A DNA stretch of 64,000 nt from Patescibacteria group bacterium (GCA_038065355.1 JBBTRC010000010.1:11452-75451); one strand, 5' to 3'. Numbered from the stretch's first letter, positions 47,983 through 57,521 are shown. The notes: generated by a model from the letters alone, not told the origin. Program-made: numbers and translations.

Positions 47983-48627
47983 TTAATTGTTACGGTCGAG
48001 CGCAGGCGCGGCTCCGGTCGGGTCGCCAGGGTTGTAAATATGGTAGAAAAATTCGACCAGTTCGTCTTGCTTCAAGGCGATCGAACGAACCCCGACGCGA
48101 GATAAACCTTGTGTGACCAATCCGACCCGCTGTTCAAGCTGAATGCGGTGCTCCTCAAAGCGGGCGTCGGTTGGTATGAACGCTTTCTGTGGCCCCCCGC
48201 TTAGCACATTCGACATATTTTTAGAGAGGCTAAGGACTGGCGGAGTGTAGGGAATGACAACAAAGAAGTTTTTGCTCATCACATCGACATCGGTTGTGAA
48301 AGTGCGGATAAATTCCATGTATTCGCGCAGCTGAATCCGCATCAAGTCGTTGTCCTGTTTTACCTCGAGACTGGCCAAGAGGGCTAGGTACGGCTCGATG
48401 TTGAGGCGGCGTGATTGCACATATATTTGCAAGCTGAAATCCAGCGTGTTGATGAACTGTTGAAACTGCAGCAAAATCGCCTGTTGCTCATCAAGCGATT
48501 TGAGCGCGAAGTTGATCGATGACACCAGCAAGACCATATTCATTTGGCCATTCTTTTGAATCACCACATCATCTTTGATGTCGCGAATAGAAACAAAATC
48601 TTGGGTGGCGGCGGTGGCTTTTGGCAT
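47983..48627 (-). CDS. VirB4 N-terminal domain encoded as a separate ORF
   Basis: SIRDIKDDVVIQKNGQMNMVLLVSSINFAL resembles VirB4/TrwK N-terminus; stop TAA then 5 nt then ATG of the ATPase ORF, different frame. Confidence 0.5.
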   Translation of the reverse strand: MPKATAATQDFVSIRDIKDDVVIQKNGQMNMVLLVSSINFALKSLDEQQAILLQFQQFINTLDFSLQIYVQSRRLNIEPYLALLASLEVKQDNDLMRIQLREYMEFIRTFTTDVDVMSKNFFVVIPYTPPVLSLSKNMSNVLSGGPQKAFIPTDARFEEHRIQLEQRVGLVTQGLSRVGVRSIALKQDELVEFFYHIYNPGDPTGAAPALDRNN

Positions 48628-48634
48628 AGATAGA

Positions 48635-49063
48635 TTACTGATTTTGCTTTTGCATAGCTTCTAATTCCAGACGGCGCGCGAGCGAGGCGATGTTTTTGCC
48701 GCTGCGGCTCCGGTCGCGCGGCGGCGCGACCGGAGCCGAGCGGCGTTGTTCAGACAGGCTGGTTCTGTTGCGATACACAATGTCTTTCTTTTGACGCCAG
48801 AGGTAAAGGCGTTTCCCCGTCACGTAGTTGAAGATAGCTTCGAGAAAATATGAGAACGGGCGATTGTTGACGGGGTAAAATGCCAGCGCCCCCGCGAGCG
48901 CCCCCGCCGGTATGCCAAAAAGGACAAACAGAAACAGATTGCCGGTAAAAAAGAGGACAGCCGCGAGGCCGAGTCCTCCGCCCAAATACAGAAACTGACG
49001 CCACGACAGCGGCCCAAAGATCTTATCTTCAATTTCAATAAACTGCGGCACTTCAAAACGCAT
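48635..49063 (-). CDS. small 2-TM protein (VirB3/PrgI-like)
   Basis: 142 aa with two adjacent TM helices, immediately upstream of VirB4, as in Gram-positive/CPR T4SS loci. Confidence 0.4.
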   Translation of the reverse strand: MRFEVPQFIEIEDKIFGPLSWRQFLYLGGGLGLAAVLFFTGNLFLFVLFGIPAGALAGALAFYPVNNRPFSYFLEAIFNYVTGKRLYLWRQKKDIVYRNRTSLSEQRRSAPVAPPRDRSRSGKNIASLARRLELEAMQKQNQ

Positions 49064-49126
49064 ACACCACCATTATACATGGTGGTGTATGCGTCGGCGC
49101 TGTGCGACTTGAGTATTTCGACACCT

Positions 49127-49222
49127 ATCCCTCACTACATATTTTGAGCGTCCGCGGAGGTACAGTGCCCATAATGGTAACCAAACATCGGAGCGTGTGA
49201 AAAATATGTGGTGGGGAATGAG
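49127..49222 (+). repeat. palindromic repeat element family, copy 3
   Basis: core identical to copy 1 at most positions; arms CCTCACT / GGTGGGGAATGAG. Confidence 0.6.
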
Positions 49223-49237
49223 TCTCCGTGCTGCCCT

Positions 49238-49765
49238 CTACTTTTTTATCTCTCCTTGTTGCGGCTCGTCCCGCTGAACATTTTTCCGACTCTCCTCTAA
49301 AAGAGCGGCCTGTGTCGAACTGTACACCGCCTCTCCCTGCGTCCGCGCTTCGTTCATATCCTCGGCCATGGTGCGCACTTGCGAAACTGTTTTTTCGTCT
49401 GGCTTTATTGGCAGGTTGGGTGTGGCTTTCGCAGTAGTAACGTTGTCTTCCACAGTTCCTAACACAATAGTATCGTGGGTGTCACTGACTGTTGTTGGGA
49501 GTATCGACATAAAAGCGCCTACCACAGCCATGCTCGTCTCGCTTTGGATTCCATTCTCTACGAGGAACGTTTCGAGATCACTACGGGTAAAGAAGTAAAG
49601 AAGGTACAACATGAAGCCGTTACTCAACACAACCCGTTGCTGTTCAGTTAATTCTGCCTCTTCCGCCAAGTCAGTAGAGGCTTGATTTACAAACTCACTT
49701 TCAACAAAAGCGCGGTATTTTTGGCTAAAGCCCTGTAGTCGTTCTTGTATTAATGTGTCGTCCAT
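49238..49765 (-). CDS. hypothetical protein (175 aa)
   Basis: ORF within T4SS-like cluster; no motif. Confidence 0.35.
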   Translation of the reverse strand: MDDTLIQERLQGFSQKYRAFVESEFVNQASTDLAEEAELTEQQRVVLSNGFMLYLLYFFTRSDLETFLVENGIQSETSMAVVGAFMSILPTTVSDTHDTIVLGTVEDNVTTAKATPNLPIKPDEKTVSQVRTMAEDMNEARTQGEAVYSSTQAALLEESRKNVQRDEPQQGEIKK

Positions 49766-49771
49766 AGTGTT

Positions 49772-51961
49772 TTATTTTTCGTCCTTCTCGGCTTTTTCTG
49801 GTTTTGCTTCGTCTTCCAGACCGTGTTCCTTGTCAACTGCTTTTTCAGCCTCTTTTTCTTCTTTTCTCTTTTTAACCGTCGCTGCTTTTGTGCCCATTTC
49901 TGCCGCCGTTCCACCGAATTTTTTCTTTAAGTTATCGAGTGAATCTTGCCGGGCTTTGTTAGTTACGCCTGGTAGGTCAGCTTGATTCACGTCCCTTTGC
50001 TTGTCGTTGAGGTAGGCAATTTTATTTGCAAACTTAATTTCAGCTTCAGCAATATTTTTTCTGTTCTTTTTATGCGCATCCTCATCGCCGGCGAATTTTT
50101 CAGCTGTGTCCTTCCTCTCTTTGTTGACTATCTTTCGTGCTCGAATACTTTCTTCAGCCTGTTGCTCAAGTTTTTGAGCATACTCCTCAGCCTGACGTTT
50201 CGTAGTTGGGTCGTTCTTTTTCTCCGCATTTACTCTTTCTTGTTGCGCTCGTTCCTTGAGCTTGGCCGCCTCGCGAACAGCTTTCTTCTGTTCCAGGTCT
50301 TGCTGTTTCTGCTTAACCATTCGTTGATACTCTGCTTTCGGCATACCGGCCACGTCTGCTCCGCCCAGTGTCTTACCGAGCACACCAGTCATATTCTTGA
50401 TCTCCTTTTCAAGTTCATCCATTTCGCCCGACAGTTCTTTTGTCGACTTGAGCTGATCAGTATCAAGTTTTGTTTCTGCTTCAGCGACAGCGCTCAGTTC
50501 ATGCTGAGCTTCTGCTTGTATCTCCGCCGCTCGTATTTCGGCTTTGGCGAGATTCTTCGGATCTGTCATGTCTTTGTCACCGATTGATTTATAGAATTTC
50601 TCGTCAGCCTTTGTTCTCGCTTCTGCTCTCGAGCTAAAGCCGCCCTTCTTACCCGTGCCAAGACCAGTCGCTTTGCCAAAGCCACCAATGTTTCGAGCAT
50701 CGAAGCCACCGTCGGCGGTAGCGCGGGTAGCCTTTAGTGCTTGTCGGCCGAGAACATTACCAGTAAAGAGTGAGCTACGTGACATGTGTCCGGCTGCGGC
50801 TGCAGCTCCGCGACCAACGGTGTTTCTGCCGGCAAAGGCGGCGGTGCCAAAGGTGGCGGCACCGGCACCCCGCACAATTTGTTTGCGCGCGCTGCGTTGC
50901 ATGTTATTGCCGATCTTGAGTGCCTGCGCCGCGCCCTGGTCGCCCATTTTTTGAGCGATGACGAGGGAAGCAAGCAGAAAGATCACAATGATAATGAAAG
51001 GACCAAAGGCGCTGGCGATGGCTGCTATAGGTGCTTGTGCTGCTGCATTTCCGGTTGTTGTGTTGGCCGAGGTGAGGCCGTCCGCAAAGTCTATATTAAA
51101 CGCGACTATTCCCTTGAGTAAAAGAAGCGACAACATCAGCATTAAAAAATAGATAGGCGCGAAAAAGGCCTTACTCAAAAATCCTTTCCAGTAGTCCTTA
51201 GTGACACTCTGGAGCTGTGGAAAGACCCAACCGAGAAACATAAACGGCGAAAGCATCATATAGAGAATAAGCGCGGCGGCGCGGATGAGGAGTAGGATGC
51301 CGCCGGCAAAAAATACAAATGCGGCGGTAATAAGTACAATCGCTATACCAAAAATAAGTCCCCACGAATTTGCAGTGTCGCCCTCAGAAAATACACTTTG
51401 CAAGTTCATCTGCTCCATGACCGCCGTTGACATTGAAATGCCCGGTTTACTTGGGCTGATGGGTAAAGCAGCGTTATTGGGGGGCGGTATAATCGATTGC
51501 TGAATGCCTAAGTTGACTACTTCAGTGGCCAAGATATTGCTAAAGTCAACAATGAATTTGGTAAAGAAGAGACTGAAGTTGACCAACAGTGCGGCTAAGA
51601 TCAAACTCACCAGCACCTTTCTCGTCTGGCTATCGTCACTGCTTAGTATCATCTTGAGGCCAATGTACACGAGGCCAAAGATAAAAGTGAGGTTGAAGAG
51701 GTCGCGGACCAAGACCCAGGTGCTATCAACCACTGCCCCCACGCCCCCAGAGACGTACTGGTATCCGAATCCTAGTACAAAGCTATTGGTAGCGTAGTCG
51801 AGCACGCCCGCCCCTGCCCCCACGAAGAGGCCGAAGAATCCGACTATCACGTTGTAGATAAACTCTTCCACTGTAGCGAAGGCCGGCCACGGCATCACAA
51901 GCATGAATACCGCCAAAAGGGGTAAGAGCGAGAGGGTGGTGAGTGGATGACGGCGGAGCAT
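49772..51961 (-). CDS. polytopic membrane protein with long Lys/Glu-rich coiled-coil tail (VirB6/TrbL-like)
   Basis: about 8 TM helices in first 420 aa, then 300-aa charged helical tail; typical architecture of T4SS VirB6-type channel proteins. Confidence 0.45.
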   Translation of the reverse strand: MLRRHPLTTLSLLPLLAVFMLVMPWPAFATVEEFIYNVIVGFFGLFVGAGAGVLDYATNSFVLGFGYQYVSGGVGAVVDSTWVLVRDLFNLTFIFGLVYIGLKMILSSDDSQTRKVLVSLILAALLVNFSLFFTKFIVDFSNILATEVVNLGIQQSIIPPPNNAALPISPSKPGISMSTAVMEQMNLQSVFSEGDTANSWGLIFGIAIVLITAAFVFFAGGILLLIRAAALILYMMLSPFMFLGWVFPQLQSVTKDYWKGFLSKAFFAPIYFLMLMLSLLLLKGIVAFNIDFADGLTSANTTTGNAAAQAPIAAIASAFGPFIIIVIFLLASLVIAQKMGDQGAAQALKIGNNMQRSARKQIVRGAGAATFGTAAFAGRNTVGRGAAAAAGHMSRSSLFTGNVLGRQALKATRATADGGFDARNIGGFGKATGLGTGKKGGFSSRAEARTKADEKFYKSIGDKDMTDPKNLAKAEIRAAEIQAEAQHELSAVAEAETKLDTDQLKSTKELSGEMDELEKEIKNMTGVLGKTLGGADVAGMPKAEYQRMVKQKQQDLEQKKAVREAAKLKERAQQERVNAEKKNDPTTKRQAEEYAQKLEQQAEESIRARKIVNKERKDTAEKFAGDEDAHKKNRKNIAEAEIKFANKIAYLNDKQRDVNQADLPGVTNKARQDSLDNLKKKFGGTAAEMGTKAATVKKRKEEKEAEKAVDKEHGLEDEAKPEKAEKDEK

Positions 51962-51979
51962 AGCAGTGTAATTAGCGGA

Positions 51980-53422
51980 TTAGTAGTAATAGCCTCCGGG
52001 CGGCGGTGGGGTTGGTTGGATAACCGGACCGGAACTGCCGCCGGAAGACGTGCCGAGGATTGAGTCCCAGTACGCTCGCGAGGTGGCGATGTCGGTCTGA
52101 CGGTAGAGCGTCAAGCTGTTGAATTGTTGAATGATTTGACTTTGAACGGTTGCATTGCCATTGGCCGCGTTGTATTGACTGATCAAGTTGTTAAGCGTGC
52201 TCACGTTGTTGTTGGCGGTCGGAATGATTGCTTGATTGATGTTGGTGACAGCGGCCGAGGCGGCAGAGCGTAGGTTGGCGGGATTGCTGTTGTTGTTGGC
52301 AAAACTGGTGAGCGGTGCGACATAGGACTGGGCGGTCGAGATGTAGCTCTGCTGGGTCTGGAGCGCGCTCTGCATGAGTGAAAGGGCGTTGGCGGTGGTC
52401 AAGGAGCCAGCGCTACTCGAAGCCAGTCCGCTAGTGTATGAACCGCCGTTGTAGCCAGTGTAGGTGTAGCCAGTGCCGCCCGAGAGGCCAAGGAGACCGG
52501 AGGCACCGGTAATGGCAGTGTTGGCGAGCTGAGTCAGAAGTGCGGCCAGAATTTCGTTGAATTCGTCGGCGGCCACGAGCGACTGTCGGCCAGAGTCGAG
52601 GTTGAATGAGAGAGCTTCTTGGATCATTTTTCCGGGTTTGGCGATAATACATTTCTGCTGTGGGCCAGTTGGTGTGGTGACGTTAAAACATACTTCGCCG
52701 GAGAAAAATCCGTCACCCTGATCGAGAATCTGATTCTTTTCGTTACGAGTATTGGCGACTTCAGACCGCATACCGTCGATGCCAGCCTGGATTTGTCCAA
52801 AAGGAGTGTACGAACTTGGCTGGTTGACCATCTGGAACCACTGGTCCCAGCCGCCAGCTGAAAAGTTGCCCTGGGTAAAGGCTTGGATATTGTTGACGAC
52901 GCCCGACAGCGTACAGGCGGCCGACGAGATCGGTTGGTCGAGCCGATCAAGATCGTACTGGAGCGATACCGCTATCTGCACGTCGAGGGCAAACGGTGAA
53001 CAGATGAACGAGCCGACCTTCCCTAAGCTCTGAATGTAGCGCCCGGCCGCCACGTCAGCCTGAGCCAGAAGGTATCCCCGCAGGTCCTGCACGAAGGCCG
53101 GACTCCCCTGAAAGCCAGAATTGATCCAGTTTACCAAGCTACCGACCATCGTGTTAATGAGTCCTTTGGCGATCACCCAAGCGATACCATCGAGTACCGA
53201 TTCTTTAAGCCAGAGACTACCTTGAATTACCGACATAGCGGTAGTAGCGACCGCAGTCGCAGTATTTTGGACAAAGTTTGTCGGATCGTAGACGACCGCA
53301 CCGGCCTCGACGGTTTCGATATGATTGTATGGTTGTGGCACATAGGTAGCGACAAAACCAAAGATGATGAACACCGCAGCCACCAGGCTTTTTTTCAAAC
53401 ACATGAAGAAAGTATCGATCAT
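51980..53422 (-). CDS. secreted Ser/Thr/Asn/Gly/Ala-rich protein (480 aa)
   Basis: N-terminal TM/signal, low-complexity C-terminal half ending GGYYY; T4SS-associated surface protein candidate. Confidence 0.45.
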   Translation of the reverse strand: MIDTFFMCLKKSLVAAVFIIFGFVATYVPQPYNHIETVEAGAVVYDPTNFVQNTATAVATTAMSVIQGSLWLKESVLDGIAWVIAKGLINTMVGSLVNWINSGFQGSPAFVQDLRGYLLAQADVAAGRYIQSLGKVGSFICSPFALDVQIAVSLQYDLDRLDQPISSAACTLSGVVNNIQAFTQGNFSAGGWDQWFQMVNQPSSYTPFGQIQAGIDGMRSEVANTRNEKNQILDQGDGFFSGEVCFNVTTPTGPQQKCIIAKPGKMIQEALSFNLDSGRQSLVAADEFNEILAALLTQLANTAITGASGLLGLSGGTGYTYTGYNGGSYTSGLASSSAGSLTTANALSLMQSALQTQQSYISTAQSYVAPLTSFANNNSNPANLRSAASAAVTNINQAIIPTANNNVSTLNNLISQYNAANGNATVQSQIIQQFNSLTLYRQTDIATSRAYWDSILGTSSGGSSGPVIQPTPPPPGGYYY

Positions 53423-53432
53423 AGGCGTAACG

Positions 53433-54332
53433 TTAAATTTGACTTTGGTTATTAGGGCTAAACACCACGAACAGCACCGCCGGATCGTCTACCGTGAACA
53501 GACTGGCGTAGGGTTCCAGGCCTTTATAGATGTTTTGCAGAGCCAGGTAGAGACCGGTCGCGTCTTCTTCGTAGCGCTTGAGACGAAGCAGTGTGTAGGC
53601 CGGGTCGCTGTAGCTATAGGTCATAGCCGTGATGTCGGCCTGAATGGCGTGGTAGGTGTTGATGAGGTCAAGATGTTGCTTGGCCATAAAAGCTGGTACC
53701 GGGATTTTGAGAGTATCATCTCGGGTCTTTTGATACGTGAGCGCCAGCGCGTCAAGTTCAGCTATGCGACTTTGATCCCTACGATTCAAAATGTCCTGCA
53801 ATATATAGAGCTCATTCTCTTTCACGTCGACAGCATCGTTGGTGGTAATCGCCAGCGCCAGTGCGTTGGCGTAGGTGCGAATAGTGTCCTCGGTCCACTC
53901 GTCAATAATTTTTATGTCGGGCGTGTCGTAAATTTCCACACCGGTTTCTTTTCGAAGTACCTCGATGGTGTTCCCAATAATTTCTTCGTCGCTTCTGGCA
54001 AAGGCGCCGTGGGTACGGGAGGATAAGATGTCTTGGAAGAAGTTGATGCCGAGCTGGCCGGTTAGGGTGTCGGGCGGCGTGTAGGTGGTTGAGGTGTCCT
54101 CGAGCACGAGGGGGTCGGTGGTGACGAAGTCGTCGCGCCAGTCTTCAATGCCGTTGTTATTTTCGTCCACCACCTCAATGGCGGTGCGGGCTGGTGCCGC
54201 GTTCACGACGGCCGCGGTTTCTGTAGGAGCTTTAAATGAGCTTTGTCCAAAATTAGACAGCGTGTAGGCGGCACCGACAAGGGCAAACCCTATCACAAAG
54301 GCTCCGACTATTTTGGAGTTCGGCTGACTCAT
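53433..54332 (-). CDS. membrane-anchored extracellular protein
   Basis: start set at internal Met (MSQPNSKIVGAFVIGFALVGAAY) because ORF N-terminal extension overlaps repeat copy 4. Confidence 0.4.
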   Translation of the reverse strand: MSQPNSKIVGAFVIGFALVGAAYTLSNFGQSSFKAPTETAAVVNAAPARTAIEVVDENNNGIEDWRDDFVTTDPLVLEDTSTTYTPPDTLTGQLGINFFQDILSSRTHGAFARSDEEIIGNTIEVLRKETGVEIYDTPDIKIIDEWTEDTIRTYANALALAITTNDAVDVKENELYILQDILNRRDQSRIAELDALALTYQKTRDDTLKIPVPAFMAKQHLDLINTYHAIQADITAMTYSYSDPAYTLLRLKRYEEDATGLYLALQNIYKGLEPYASLFTVDDPAVLFVVFSPNNQSQI

Positions 54333-54399
54333 ATACACTAATAGTATAGCAACGACTACAGGTGTTTTATGCGCCTGTGCACAAAGCTGTGTATGAAGC

Positions 54400-54508
54400 G
54401 GGACGTGTCCCCTCATTACATATTTTTCACACGCTCCGACGTTTGGTCACCTCTATAAGCACTGCATCCCCGCGGATGCTCAAAATATGTAATGAGGGGA
54501 CACGTCCC
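54400..54508 (-). repeat. palindromic repeat element family, copy 4 (minus orientation)
   Basis: 27-bp perfect arms GGGACGTGTCCCCTCATTACATATTTT / inverse; same core. Confidence 0.6.
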
Positions 54509-54534
54509 GATAAGTGTCTATAAAGCTGTTGATA

Positions 54535-55359
54535 CTACGGGTGCATTTGTTGTTGAAAAGCTGGGGATGAGAGGTGGGTACAGAGGGGAATCCAAGTGGA
54601 CAGCGGCACGTCTTCGGCGCGGATAGTCAGCGGTAGATCAAGATCGGAAAATAACGCTTCTAGGGCTTCCCTCGGCCAGCGCGCACTTAAGTTACCCAAA
54701 AGCTGTTTGCGCTTACTGCCAAAGCCGAGGTGGAGGATAGTGAAAAAAGTTTCGCTTGAAAGGGAGCCGAGTCGATTGCGGTTGATGTTTGTTATTGCCA
54801 GTATCGCCGAATCGACTCTGGGTGGCGGGGTGAAGTGTCCTCGTTTGATAGTACCAATATAAGAGGGGTCTCCGAACACCTTCACTGATAAAGATAGGAG
54901 CGACTCCTTTTTGCTGCGGGCGACCCGCTCGGCCAACTCTTTTTGAATGAGAAAAACTAATGTGTTTGGCTGTGTAGTGGTATCGAGAAGCTGGCGTAGG
55001 AGTGAGCCGGAGAGGTAGTAAGGAATATTGGACACCACTTTGTAGGCCTGGTCGCGAAGCGAGAGAGCTTGGAGGTCGAGCGTCCTGGCGTCGGTGTGGT
55101 GGAGGGTGAGCTCCTCGCGGGCGATGGCGTCAGGGAATGTTTCTTCGAGGAACGCGATCGCCCGCGCATCCGCCTCCACCGCTATAACCCTCACCCCTCG
55201 AGCTAACAGCTCTTTGGTCAATATGCCGGTACCGGGGCCAATTTCAAGAACCGTTCCCCCTGCCTCCAGGCGTGCCGCGTCGCACATGAGCTTCGGCACA
55301 TAGTCACTATTTAAAAAATGCTGCCCCAGAGACTTTTTATGTTGGAAGGATTGAGGCAT
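54535..55359 (-). CDS. rsmA: 16S rRNA (adenine1518/1519-N6)-dimethyltransferase
   Basis: LGQHFL, EIGPGTGILT SAM motif, NIPY motif. Confidence 0.85.
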   Translation of the reverse strand: MPQSFQHKKSLGQHFLNSDYVPKLMCDAARLEAGGTVLEIGPGTGILTKELLARGVRVIAVEADARAIAFLEETFPDAIAREELTLHHTDARTLDLQALSLRDQAYKVVSNIPYYLSGSLLRQLLDTTTQPNTLVFLIQKELAERVARSKKESLLSLSVKVFGDPSYIGTIKRGHFTPPPRVDSAILAITNINRNRLGSLSSETFFTILHLGFGSKRKQLLGNLSARWPREALEALFSDLDLPLTIRAEDVPLSTWIPLCTHLSSPAFQQQMHP

Positions 55360-55379
55360 ACGTTGGGTATAATATAACC

Positions 55380-55517
55380 ATGAAAAAAATCATTTACACA
55401 GGGCTGGCCATCGGTCTCTTAGCGGCAGCGGGCTATGGCATTGCCTTTTACTGGCTCGCTACCCATCCGTGTAATCCTCCCGACCCCAACTTCCCCGGTC
55501 AACTCACCTGCGTCTAA
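55380..55517 (+). CDS. small hydrophobic peptide (45 aa)
   Basis: MKKIIYTGLAIGLLAAAGYGIAFYWLATHPCNPPDPNFPGQLTCV; TATAAT box ends 8 nt before ATG (leaderless?); speculative. Confidence 0.25.
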   Translation: MKKIIYTGLAIGLLAAAGYGIAFYWLATHPCNPPDPNFPGQLTCV

Positions 55518-57485
55518 TTAATCCAAATAGATAGTGGTCTCGTAGCCAGACGTGTGGCCACCGCCTGGATTGCCGCTCTCTATGTGTTCGGTGCTGATGT
55601 CGTTCAAAAATGAAGAAGGGATATTTATCCGCTGGCTGCCAAAAATAGTGCGCATATGCGCGTAGGAAAGAAATACTTTTTTCTCGGCTCTCGTCAGAGC
55701 CACATAAAATAATCGACGTTCTTCTTCTTGGTCTATGCGTGCGTCGTCGAGCCGTTCGTGCGGGAACAGTCCTTCTTCAAGGCCGGTGATAAATACGTAA
55801 GCAAATTCGAGGCCTTTGGCGGCGTGGATGGTCATGAGTCGCACCGCGTTGAATTCTTCCTTGTTCTTTATTTCGTCCTGGTCGCTTTGGAGCGCGGCGT
55901 TCTCGAGGAGCTGCAAAACGGCTTCGCCTGGTGGCAGGTGGTCGTAGCGTGTCGCCAGCGTGACGAGTTCGCGCAAGTTCTCGAGGCGTTCGAGCGCTTC
56001 GTCACTACCCTCCTCTTTGTACATGGCTTCGAGACCACTCTGCTTCATAATGAATCTTATAGTGTCCGACAGTTTTTTTTCGGATGTCGCCTTGGCGATA
56101 TCCATCATGAGCTCGTCAAAAGCGGCGACCTTCACGCCCACGCTGTTTTTGAGTTCAGCCCGCTTCCCCTCGATGATTTTTAAAAGTGTCACTTTCCCAA
56201 TGCCGCGTGACGGTTCGTTGATGATGCGAGCCAGGTCACCAGTGCTCCCAGGGTTAAGTGCGAGCCGCAGGTACGACAGTACGTCCTTCACTTCTTTTCG
56301 TTCAAAAAACTTAGTGCCCACGAGTTGGTACGGAACCTCAAAGTTTAAGAACGCTTCTTCGAGCGCACGCGATTGGAAGTTAGTGCGGTAGAGAACGGCT
56401 ATAGAAGTTGGTTCAGCCCCCTCAGCGATAAGCGAACGAGCGGTTAAGGCCACGAACTCGGCTTCGTCGGCACCGGTCATGGCGGCGTAGAGGGTAATCT
56501 TGTCACCCTCTTCATTCTGAGTGAAGACATTCTTTTCGACGCGATTGCGGTTCTTTTTGATGATGTCGTTCGAAGCCGCAATGATGGTTTGCGTTGAGCG
56601 GTAGTTTTCTTCAAGGAGAATAGTAACGGCGCGTGGGAAGTGTCGTTCAAACTGCATGACGTTTTTGATGTCGGCGCCCCGCCAGGAGTAGATGTTTTGA
56701 TCGATGTCGCCGACCACGCAGATGTTGGTGTCGTCGCTCGCCAAAAGCTCCATAATCGAAAACTGGACACGATTGGTGTCTTGGTACTCGTCGACATGAA
56801 GATAGTGAAAACGCCGCTGTAGCGTCTCGCGCACCAAGGGGTTACTTTCAAGTAGCCGCAGCGTTTTGGCTAAAAGATCATCAAAATCAAGCGCCTGCTC
56901 ACTCTCCAGTACGGCGTCGTATTTTTCCCAGACCTCAGCGGCCACTTGTTCCGGGTATGAGCTCGCCGCGTCTTTGTAGGCAATCTGCGTGAGCGCGTCG
57001 CCCTTGGCGCGTGAAATCATTCCTAATATTCGTCGTGGTTCAAGTTCTTTTGGATTGTAGTTCGCTTGCACAATGGCCTGTTTGACTGCCCGTACGCTGT
57101 CGCTCCGGTCGTAGATAGTGAAATATTTCCGCAGACCGGCTGCTTCGTGAAACTCGCGTAAAATGCGTACCCCGAGCGAGTGGAAGGTGGTCACAGTTGG
57201 CATACTGTCGATGGACGCTCGATCGGACGGTGGATATTTGTGAATGAGCGCGTGCACGCGTTCGCGCATTTCGGTGGCGGCTTTGTTGGTGAAAGTAACG
57301 GCGAGGATATTGTGCGGCGCTACACCTTGATGAATAAGGTGTACGATCCGGTGCGTAATGACGCGGGTCTTGCCCGAACCGGCACCGGCGAGCACCAAGA
57401 GGGGACCTTCGGTGTGCAAGACCGCGGCTTTTTGTTGCTCATTCAAGCCGTCGAGATAACGTGGAGTGTCACTCATGTGCGACAC
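55518..57485 (-). CDS. pcrA: UvrD/PcrA-family DNA helicase
   Basis: AGAGSGKT motif I, DEYQDTN motif II, full SF1 helicase motif set. Confidence 0.9.
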   Translation of the reverse strand: MSHMSDTPRYLDGLNEQQKAAVLHTEGPLLVLAGAGSGKTRVITHRIVHLIHQGVAPHNILAVTFTNKAATEMRERVHALIHKYPPSDRASIDSMPTVTTFHSLGVRILREFHEAAGLRKYFTIYDRSDSVRAVKQAIVQANYNPKELEPRRILGMISRAKGDALTQIAYKDAASSYPEQVAAEVWEKYDAVLESEQALDFDDLLAKTLRLLESNPLVRETLQRRFHYLHVDEYQDTNRVQFSIMELLASDDTNICVVGDIDQNIYSWRGADIKNVMQFERHFPRAVTILLEENYRSTQTIIAASNDIIKKNRNRVEKNVFTQNEEGDKITLYAAMTGADEAEFVALTARSLIAEGAEPTSIAVLYRTNFQSRALEEAFLNFEVPYQLVGTKFFERKEVKDVLSYLRLALNPGSTGDLARIINEPSRGIGKVTLLKIIEGKRAELKNSVGVKVAAFDELMMDIAKATSEKKLSDTIRFIMKQSGLEAMYKEEGSDEALERLENLRELVTLATRYDHLPPGEAVLQLLENAALQSDQDEIKNKEEFNAVRLMTIHAAKGLEFAYVFITGLEEGLFPHERLDDARIDQEEERRLFYVALTRAEKKVFLSYAHMRTIFGSQRINIPSSFLNDISTEHIESGNPGGGHTSGYETTIYLD

Positions 57486-57521
57486 TATAGCACGTGGTGA
57501 AACGGTGCCGAAAAGGCAAAG

